Source: Dehalococcoidia bacterium
Lineage (GTDB): Bacteria > Chloroflexota > Dehalococcoidia > SHYD01
DNA: 58,597 nt
Direction of reading: 5' to 3'
NCBI GenBank assembly: GCA_009692945.1
Contig: SHYD01000001.1
Coordinates: 77,898-136,494, forward strand
The notes beneath the pieces are model-generated. The model did not search any database and was not told the origin of the DNA. It was given only the letters and a program-made list of their open reading frames with translations. Below, piece by piece: positions 51,758 through 58,597 of this stretch. Position 1 is the first letter of the stretch. Every line of letters starts with the position of its first letter. The position numbers were made by a program, and so were the translations under genes.

Positions 51758-52090
51758 TCAGTCTTGCGGGCGGTTCACGGGGTTGTCCGGGCCGCGGCTC
51801 GGCATATATACCGCGTCCCACAACAACTCGCAAGCTTTGGGCTGAGGTTCAGGCTGGCCTGTGGTTCTGTCACAACAATGCCAGGTCACCCGTTTTGTAC
51901 GGCACTATGGAAATCATCTGGACCATTGCCGGTTTGGCCTTCTTGGCATATATGACCTGGGCCTACCAGGGCTACCGCCGGTCGCGGGTCGGCCGTTGGC
52001 GGTAATTCCCTAAGGATCGCGGAGTCCCGAGTCAGGGCGCAACCCGCGAGTCCCGGCAGAAGCGCCGGGCGCCCAACGAACACCCTCCGG

Positions 52091-53575
52091 GTGGGGAGCG
52101 TGGCTGCGGGCCTCTCAATGGTTGTCCCGAATAGCGCGCACTTCCCATTCGGTCGGCATCCCGATTGCCTGCCCCCGTTGAATGGGATGCCCTATCAAAC
52201 GTGCCTGCCGGTCCGCCGCCGGTACCGGGCGTGGACATGGAATCGCGCTCCCGGCCGTCGTCTGCTACACTGGCCCCGCGGGTACCCAGACCCAAGGGAC
52301 ATCGCCATTCGCAAGCCTTTTTTCGGTTGGTACCTGGTGCTGGTCATCCTTCAGGGTTTGTTCCTGGGCGCCGGCCTCTCTAGCTTCGCTCTCGGGGTCT
52401 TGCTGCCCAGGATGTCAACGGATCTCGGCTGGTCTCTCGCCACGCTGGTGGGAGCGAACAGCATCGGTTCCGTCGCCTCATCGCTGGCAAGTCCGCCGCT
52501 CGGCGGGCTGATCGACCGCAGGGGCGCGCGGGGGTTGCTGACCGTCACCACGCTGCTGACCGGCCTGAGTGTGGCTCTCTGCGGGTTGGTGCGTGAACCC
52601 TGGCAGTTCTACCTGCTGTTCGGTATCGTTCCGGGCATCTGCCGCGGCGGCATGATGAACGTGGCGCCCAGCGCGATGATCGCTCAGTGGTTCCACAAGA
52701 AACGCTCGCTGGCGTTCAGCATCGTTGCGGTGGGACCGCCTCTGGCCGGCCTGATTTTCCCGCCGGTCACCGCCGCGCTGCTGGCCTGGTTCGACTGGCG
52801 CGGGTCCTGGTTCGCCTGGGGCGGCTTCACCATGCTCCTAGCCTTGGGCCCGCTGCTGCTGGTTCGCCGCCGCCCCGAGGACATGGGATTGTTGCCCGAC
52901 GGCGAATCCGCCCCACCACCCGATTCCGGTCCTGCCGGCGGCGCGGCAGGGAGTCCCGTCCCTGACGACGACTGGACGTTTCGAGAAGCCGTTGGCAGCG
53001 CGGGGTTCTGGGTGGTGGCTGCCAGCATGGCGTTGGTCATGGTGATGCCCGCCGCGTTGTTATTGTTCCTGTTCTCCTTCTACCGTGACCTCGGCTTTTC
53101 CGAGCCTGCGGCGGCGGGCCTGCTCAGTGCGGCCTACTCCATCCAGCTCGTGGCCCGGCTCGGCATTTGGGGCCCCTTGGCGGTGCGGTTGGGCAGCGTT
53201 CGTTGGGTGGCTCCCCTCTGGGGGGCGCTCATGTTGGCGTCGACGCTCTTTTTCATGCTGGTCAACGGCGAATTGCTTGCCTTTGCCTCGATAGTCCTCT
53301 TCGGCGTGGCCATGGGCGGCAGCATGGTGGTCCACCTCCAGGTCTGGCCGGAATACTTCGGCCGCCGCTCGGTTGGGTCCATTACCGGACTGGGTTCGCT
53401 GTTGTGGGGCGTGTCCAGCGCGGCAGGACCCTTGATCGGAGCCTTGGTGTTGGACCACACCGGCAACTACAACCTGTTGTTCGCCATCGTCAGTGCGTTG
53501 GTGTTCGTTGGCGTGGCCCTACTGTTGGTGACGGGCCGGCCGGTCCGTCCGCGGCGAACACCAGCGCTGGCGTGA
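52091..53575 (+). CDS. MFS transporter (true start probably near 52300)
   Basis: FFGWYLV, GGLIDRRGAR motif A, QWFHKKR, RPEDMGLLPDG, about 12 TM helices. Confidence 0.88.
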   Translation: MGSVAAGLSMVVPNSAHFPFGRHPDCLPPLNGMPYQTCLPVRRRYRAWTWNRAPGRRLLHWPRGYPDPRDIAIRKPFFGWYLVLVILQGLFLGAGLSSFALGVLLPRMSTDLGWSLATLVGANSIGSVASSLASPPLGGLIDRRGARGLLTVTTLLTGLSVALCGLVREPWQFYLLFGIVPGICRGGMMNVAPSAMIAQWFHKKRSLAFSIVAVGPPLAGLIFPPVTAALLAWFDWRGSWFAWGGFTMLLALGPLLLVRRRPEDMGLLPDGESAPPPDSGPAGGAAGSPVPDDDWTFREAVGSAGFWVVAASMALVMVMPAALLLFLFSFYRDLGFSEPAAAGLLSAAYSIQLVARLGIWGPLAVRLGSVRWVAPLWGALMLASTLFFMLVNGELLAFASIVLFGVAMGGSMVVHLQVWPEYFGRRSVGSITGLGSLLWGVSSAAGPLIGALVLDHTGNYNLLFAIVSALVFVGVALLLVTGRPVRPRRTPALA

Positions 53576-53640
53576 ACGGGTGACCAAACCCTTCCGGGTT
53601 TCTATTCAGACATGAGGGGAGCCTCCCTATTGATCGTTTG

Positions 53641-53754
53641 CCCCACCCCAAGAAAAGAGATGGTTTTATTTCTGGGGGAACACCCCCAGGCCCCGGCAGG
53701 ATGGCTTTGCCCCCTGCACCCCCGTGCCCGAATCCCGAGTCTGAATTCGTACGG
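53641..53754 (+). repeat. Repeat family A copy
   Basis: CCCCACCCCAAGAAAAGAG...GGGGGAACACCCCCAGGCCCCGGCAGG...CCCGA...TGAATTCGTACGG. Confidence 0.75.
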
Positions 53755-53759
53755 TTGGT

Positions 53760-53986
53760 CCGTAAGAGTTCACAATTGAGGGTACTATCGGGCTCAGGAG
53801 CGGGAGTGTACGAGGGCTGCCGCCCTCTGAGTTTGTGAGTTTTTGGCGTTCTGGGGTAGTTTTAGCCGCAGGCCAGGCATGGAATGGGGGCGATTTCGGC
53901 TCGATCCAGCAAAAAGTCACAAACTCTCTGCCGGGGGCGTGGGGGTGTCCCCACAGAGAATTCTCCTCTTTTTTTGGGGTGTGGGG
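53760..53986 (-). repeat. Repeat family A copy (inverted) interrupted by a MITE
   Basis: Both halves match 20308-20409 once 53829-53926 and one TCT are removed. Confidence 0.8.
53829..53926. mobile_element. 98-bp MITE
   Basis: Terminal inverted repeats GAGTTTGTGAGTTTTTG / CAAAAAGTCACAAACTC (1 mismatch), flanking TCT duplication. Confidence 0.82.
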
Positions 53987-54088
53987 CGTGGTTCATACGG
54001 CCGGCATCTGATTCTGAACTCGTACCCATCTGGCAGGCCGTGGTTGTGCCTGGTCACATGGGCCAGACTAGAATGGTTGTCGTGCCAA

Positions 54089-54116
54089 GGGTAGAGGCCG
54101 GATCCGGCCTCTACCC
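54089..54116. repeat. Perfect 28-bp GTAG palindrome (REP-like)
   Basis: GGGTAGAGGCCGGATCCGGCCTCTACCC. Confidence 0.8.
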
Positions 54117-54148
54117 AACAGCCCTCCCTTTCGAAGGCGGATAGCAAC

Positions 54149-54909
54149 ATGGCAGACGCAACCACAGACCTCAAGGGAAAGGTCGCTCTGGTGACCGGCA
54201 GCGGCACCGGCATCGGACGAGCGATCGCCCAAGCGCTGGCCGGGGCGGGTTGCCGGGTGGTGGTGAACGCGCGCACCGGCAGCAACGTGGATCACGTGGT
54301 CCAGGAGATCAAGGGTGCGGGGGGTGAAGCGGCCGGCTTCCGTGCCGACGTGTCGGACCCGGACGGCGTCGAGGCGCTGTTTCGGCAAGCGCGGCGTGCC
54401 TTCGGGCCGGTGGAGGTCCTGGTCGCCTGCGCCGGGATCATGGGGCCCAGGGCGTTCGGCCAGGATGTGACGCCCGGAGAGTTCCTCGAGGTGCTGAAGG
54501 TGAACCTGTGGGGCACGTTCCTCTGTTGAAAATTCGCGCTGCCCTCGATGATCCAGCGACGTTCGGGACGGATCATCACCGTCACAGGAGGTGGCGCGGA
54601 CAAGCCGCTGAAGGGGGCGCTGCCCTACGCCACCTCCAAGGCCGGGACCGAGGGGCTCACCCGCAACCTTGCGCTTGAGGTCGGCCCTTTGGGCATCACG
54701 TGCAACTGCCTCAACCCGGGTCTGGTGGATACCCCCGGGTTCCCCCTCAGCGGCTACCCTCCTGAACGCCGCGCCAGCATGAAGCCGGTCAGCCCGGGGC
54801 ACGCGGCCCGCCTCACCGTCTGGCTCGCGTCGGAGGCCGCCCGCGAAGTGAACGGACAGAGCATCGATGCGCCGGAATCGATGCGCCGGAGTGGGATCAG
54901 GGGCGGTAA
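54149..54909 (+). pseudogene. Short-chain dehydrogenase/reductase pseudogene
   Basis: VTGSGTGIG and YATSK motifs; in-frame TGA 54527-54529; 14-bp tandem duplication 54863-54890 whose removal restores a stop at 54907-54909. Confidence 0.85.
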
Positions 54910-54983
54910 AGGGCGGCCCAGCAGCGCCGGTGCGCGCCATCATGGCGCTCCCCTTCCCGGCTGCCACGCGGATCACCGGCGGT

Positions 54984-55039
54984 TCAACAGTGTGAAAGCA
55001 ATCACACTGTTGACAAGCGTTGGCGCTTACGACTACGGT
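54984..55039 (+). promoter_or_regulatory. Inverted repeat containing TGTGA-N6-TCACA overlapping a sigma-70 promoter
   Basis: TCAACAGTGTGA-AAGCAA-TCACACTGTTGA; TTGACA 55010-55015, TACGGT 55034-55039. Confidence 0.6.
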
Positions 55040-55158
55040 TGGCTCCGTTGGCCCGCCACGCTCGACATGCCCCTACCATGACCCAGCGATGGTGGCCCAC
55101 CGCCGGTCGCACACCTGCCGGCCTAACCGTACTCGTATTGGGAAAAACGGAGGGAGTC

Positions 55159-56838
55159 ATGTTCGGATGGAAGTTGCTGTTCGTCTCGTTGGTCGGTGGT
55201 CTGCTGCTGGCAGGCTGCGCCAAGGCACCCTCGCCTCCACTCAGCCCAAGCCCCGAGCCCGACCTGGCCAAAGCCCAGGAGCAACGGCAGGGCGCCGTCT
55301 GCGATCCCGGCAAGGAGCACTATCGCAGTTCTGCCGCTCCCGTGCGCGGCGGCACCTTCAAACACATGCTGGCGGGCAGTTCGCTCCCCCATCTCGATTT
55401 GAGTTCGCCGCCGGGGAACGTCTACATCGCGCCACAGGTGTACCGGCGCCTCGTGTCCGGCCGGGCCTGCTATTACGAAGACGTCGTGATGGAGCCGGAC
55501 CTCGCCCGGTCCTGGCAGGTCTCGCCCGATGGCAGGGTCTGGACCTTCAAACTCCGGGAGGATGTCCGCTGGCACAATAAGCCTCCCGTGAACGGTCGGC
55601 CCTTCACGGCTGACGATGTGGCCTGGACCATCGACCATCAGAAGCGGGAAGGCGGCCTCCAATCTTACTGGGCAAGCGTCACCCACGAGCAACCGGACCC
55701 TTACACGATTGTGCTTCGGATTCCTGACCCCGACGCAGACTTTTTGGGCAAGTTGGGCCAGAACAACAATGTCATCCTCCCCCGAGAAGTTAAAGAGCAG
55801 TTCAAAGACTTCAAGAGCGTCGGCATCGGCACCGGTCCCTTCATGGTGAAGGAGTTCAAAACGGACCAGTTCGCCCTGCTGGAACGCAACCCCGATTGGA
55901 AAGAGTTAGGCGAAGACGGCAAGCCGTTGCCTTACATAGACAACATCCAGGTGTTCCTCGGTTCCGACTACGCAGCCGAGGTGGCAGCAATGCGGACCGG
56001 CGCCGTGGACTTGAACGGAGTGCAGGGCTTCCGCAAGCTGGACGCCGACCTGCTCAAGCAGTCCAACCCCAAGCTGATCGGCTACAGCGACACGGTGGCC
56101 GCTGTCTGGGGGCTCCACGTCAATCACGGCCGGCCGCCCTTCGGCGACCCGCGGGTCCGCAAAGCCCTTGCCTTTGCCATCAACGGCGACGACGTCATCG
56201 ACAACCACCGCGGAGGAGCGATCCGTTCCGGATTCCTGCCGGCCGCCATCCGGGACTACGCTTGGCCTTCCGAGAAGGTACGGGAGAAGTTCAAACCGGA
56301 CTTGGAGCAGGCCAAGAAACTCTTGGCCGACGCCGGCTACACTCCCTCCAAACCCCTTGAATTCGTCCTCAAGAGCGGGCCCAACGAACAGCAGTCGGAC
56401 GTGGAATTGCTGCAGAAGCAGATCGAGGCCGTCGGGATCAGGGCCCGCATCTCCATTGAGCAGGTGGCGAGTTCCGTGGTGGTGTCGCGCGGCGATTACG
56501 AAGTCGCTTACAACGCGATCACGCCGTCCTCCTACTTTCCCGACCGTTGGCTCGGCAGCGCGATCCGGACCAAGGGCTCCCAGAACTTCATCAACCTCAG
56601 CGACCCCAAGCTGGATGAGCTCTCGACCGCCCAGGCCAAAGAGATGGATCCGGCCAAGCGCAAGCAGATCATCGACCAGATCCAGGACCAGATGTACGAG
56701 CAGATGGCGTACGTCCCCATCATGAACCGGCTGTACTTCCGCTTCTACTCCTGCCGCACCCGGGGCATGAAACCCACCCACCAAAGCCTGGACCTGCGGG
56801 GTGTCGACCGGGCTTGGCTGGACCAGTCGGCCTGTTGA
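55159..56838 (+). CDS. ABC transporter substrate-binding lipoprotein, family 5
   Basis: Lipobox LLAGC; PDLARSWQVSPDG..WTFKLREDVRWH, GTGPFMV, PFGDPRVRKA; ATG 55159 behind GGAG. Confidence 0.93.
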   Translation: MFGWKLLFVSLVGGLLLAGCAKAPSPPLSPSPEPDLAKAQEQRQGAVCDPGKEHYRSSAAPVRGGTFKHMLAGSSLPHLDLSSPPGNVYIAPQVYRRLVSGRACYYEDVVMEPDLARSWQVSPDGRVWTFKLREDVRWHNKPPVNGRPFTADDVAWTIDHQKREGGLQSYWASVTHEQPDPYTIVLRIPDPDADFLGKLGQNNNVILPREVKEQFKDFKSVGIGTGPFMVKEFKTDQFALLERNPDWKELGEDGKPLPYIDNIQVFLGSDYAAEVAAMRTGAVDLNGVQGFRKLDADLLKQSNPKLIGYSDTVAAVWGLHVNHGRPPFGDPRVRKALAFAINGDDVIDNHRGGAIRSGFLPAAIRDYAWPSEKVREKFKPDLEQAKKLLADAGYTPSKPLEFVLKSGPNEQQSDVELLQKQIEAVGIRARISIEQVASSVVVSRGDYEVAYNAITPSSYFPDRWLGSAIRTKGSQNFINLSDPKLDELSTAQAKEMDPAKRKQIIDQIQDQMYEQMAYVPIMNRLYFRFYSCRTRGMKPTHQSLDLRGVDRAWLDQSAC

Positions 56839-56882
56839 TGATCTTCGGCGGGGTGCGGCAAAAACAACTTCGGAGGAGAGCT

Positions 56883-57911
56883 ATGACCGCTAACGGCGCT
56901 ACCAAGATCACCGGGATCATCGATAGCGATGGGCATATCTTTGAGCGGGACAACGAAATCCAGCCCTACCTGGGCGAGGGCTACCAACACGACCACCTGC
57001 TGAATTTCCCGTTCTTCCCGACCCTCGACGGCTGGAACCGCGGGGCGCTGGGCGCCCCGTCAGCGGAGCGCCTCGCCATCGGCCACCCCGATGCCGCGGC
57101 TTGGGTGAGGTTCCTCGACGCCTATGGCTTGGCGGCGACCGTCCTGTACCCGACGGCCGGCCTGGGCGCCGGTTTCATCAAATCGCCAACTTGGTTCATT
57201 GATTTGGCCAGAGGGTACAACAACTACGTTCACGACCGGTTCTTGAAGGCCAGCCCTCGTCTGAAGGCCGTCGCCCTGCTGCCCGTTCTGGACCCCAAGG
57301 CGGCGGCCGCAGAGTTGCGGCGGGCGGTGAAGGAGTTGGGGATGGTGGGTGGCCTGCTGCCTTCGATCGGACTCAGGCTCCCTTACGGGGACGCTGCGTT
57401 CGATCCGCTCTATGCGGAAGCCCAGGCGCTGGGAACCATGCTGGCGGTGCACGGAGCGCCGCAGCAGGGGATGGGGTTCGATTTCTTCGAAAGCTTCGGC
57501 CCCGGCATGGTGCTGGAGCATCCGATATCCCAGATGATCCAGTTCACCTCGATGATTACGGACAAGGTCTTCGTCCGCTTCCCTAACCTGAAGGTGGCGT
57601 TTCTGGAGGCGGGGTGCGGCTGGGCGCCCTATCTCATCGAGCGCATCGACCAGCGGGCGGGCGGAATCGCCTCAGCCCAGGTGCGCAACAGCCCGATCTA
57701 TTTCCATGCCGAGTTGAAGGAGCGGGAGGTCCTCACCTGCGCGCTGTCCGTGATCGGAGAAGACCGCTTCCTCTACGCCTCCGACTACCCCCACGAGCCC
57801 CCCTCCGAAGTCGCGGAGGCCCTCGAGGAGTTCCTGGCTCGGGAAGACGTGAGCCCCAGCGCCAAGGAGAAGATCCTCAGGGACAATATCAAAGCGATCT
57901 ACAGCATGTGA
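56883..57911 (+). CDS. Amidohydrolase_2 family metal-dependent hydrolase/decarboxylase
   Basis: IIDSDGH, VLYPT, FPNLKVAFLEAGCGW, YASDYPH; ATG 56883 behind GGAGGAG. Confidence 0.9.
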   Translation: MTANGATKITGIIDSDGHIFERDNEIQPYLGEGYQHDHLLNFPFFPTLDGWNRGALGAPSAERLAIGHPDAAAWVRFLDAYGLAATVLYPTAGLGAGFIKSPTWFIDLARGYNNYVHDRFLKASPRLKAVALLPVLDPKAAAAELRRAVKELGMVGGLLPSIGLRLPYGDAAFDPLYAEAQALGTMLAVHGAPQQGMGFDFFESFGPGMVLEHPISQMIQFTSMITDKVFVRFPNLKVAFLEAGCGWAPYLIERIDQRAGGIASAQVRNSPIYFHAELKEREVLTCALSVIGEDRFLYASDYPHEPPSEVAEALEEFLAREDVSPSAKEKILRDNIKAIYSM

Positions 57912-58054
57912 CCGGAGGGCACTGGACGCGGCGCCCATCGCGGGAGCGAGACAGGAAATGACATCTTGACGTGGCTCTCGCCAAACGCGATAAGTTGGTG
58001 CAATTCCCGGATCCAAGCCGGAAGAACCGGGGATGTTCGTCAGAGGAGGTCTGC

Positions 58055-58315
58055 CTGCAGTCCAGTCTGATCGGCAAGATCGAGAAGGCGAAACGCTACG
58101 CGCAGGAACCCGGACGGATCACCATTGACAGCCTTGCCAGCACGTTCCGGGGTGAGAACGACACCCATAACGTGTCCTTGGCTGCCGGGCACTGGCATTG
58201 CACTTGCGACTTCTTTGCCGAGCGGGATGTGTGCAGCCACACGCTGGCGCTGGAAAAAATCCTGCGTGACATGTTGCCTGCGGAATCGGTGTCGGCAACC
58301 GTGGCGCTTTTCTAG
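58055..58315 (+). CDS. Small SWIM zinc-finger protein, probable CTG start
   Basis: SSLIGKIEKAKRYAQE...WHCTCDFF....VCSH (CxC..CxH); GAGGAGG 5 nt before in-frame CTG. Confidence 0.75.
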   Translation: MQSSLIGKIEKAKRYAQEPGRITIDSLASTFRGENDTHNVSLAAGHWHCTCDFFAERDVCSHTLALEKILRDMLPAESVSATVALF

Positions 58316-58597
58316 GTGGCTGGTGTCAAATGGACCCACCCGGTAACATTTTTGCGTGAGTTGACACGACGGACCTGGTGAACTGAGCGGCGAAGCCCGA
58401 CCTGGGCCGACCCCAGCCGACCCGCTGTGGGTGTCCCCGTGCTTGGGTGCGGTCTCGTGGGGCCTCCTCCCACTGGTGCGAGGGACGGGTTTGGTGGGCG
58501 GCCTCCGCTGGCCTCGGTCATGCCGCCTGCACCGACCACCGTCCGCCCAGCGCGGTGAGCCCGAACACAGCCAGGCGGGCGAGGTTCACGGCGGCGG
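58316..58597 (-). mobile_element. Right end of a probable IS1182-family element, truncated by window edge
   Basis: Minus-strand reading AAVNLARLAVFGL...QAA* (58595-58518) resembles IS1182 transposase C-termini; ends ..GACACCAGCCAC next to CTAG. Confidence 0.5.

Noticed and set aside
54527-54529. Selenocysteine or readthrough UGA in the SDR
   Set aside because: No convincing hairpin directly downstream, the position is non-catalytic, and a second frameshifting lesion shows decay

Overview
High-GC bacterial chromosome segment. RpoB/RpoC insertions and gene content suggest Chloroflexota, probably Dehalococcoidia-like (inference). The left part is housekeeping: rpoBC, a MaoC pair, mnmE, a T-box-controlled type-2 ileS with a GxHH motif, a RAYT with GTAG REPs, a frameshifted surface protein, an Arn-like aminosugar cluster, an RNase HI-MoaC fusion, moaA and rdgB. 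The centre (about 25.9-45.8 kb, minus strand) is an Afp/PVC-type extracellular contractile injection system (eCIS). It has sheath, two tubes, LysM tube initiator, VgrG, AAA+ ATPase, DUF4255, two DUF4157 proteins, a putative effector and a 1896-aa protein with four copies of an unrecognised domain, but no baseplate, PAAR or fibre genes. Its tail-assembly-chaperone gene appears to need a -1 ribosomal frameshift at G GGG GGA. Divergent from the eCIS is an FHA / SARP activator / Ser-Thr kinase-solute-binding-protein operon. Two eCIS promoters carry TAACC repeats at 11-bp spacing just upstream of an extended -10, which suggests a ligand-sensing kinase-SARP circuit controls the injector. The right part holds a HipA-like kinase/DUF3037 pair, an MFS transporter, nested miniature repeats with a MITE, an SDR pseudogene, a family-5 solute-binding protein, an amidohydrolase, a SWIM protein and the end of a probable IS1182. 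All family assignments come from motif recognition by eye; no searches were run.
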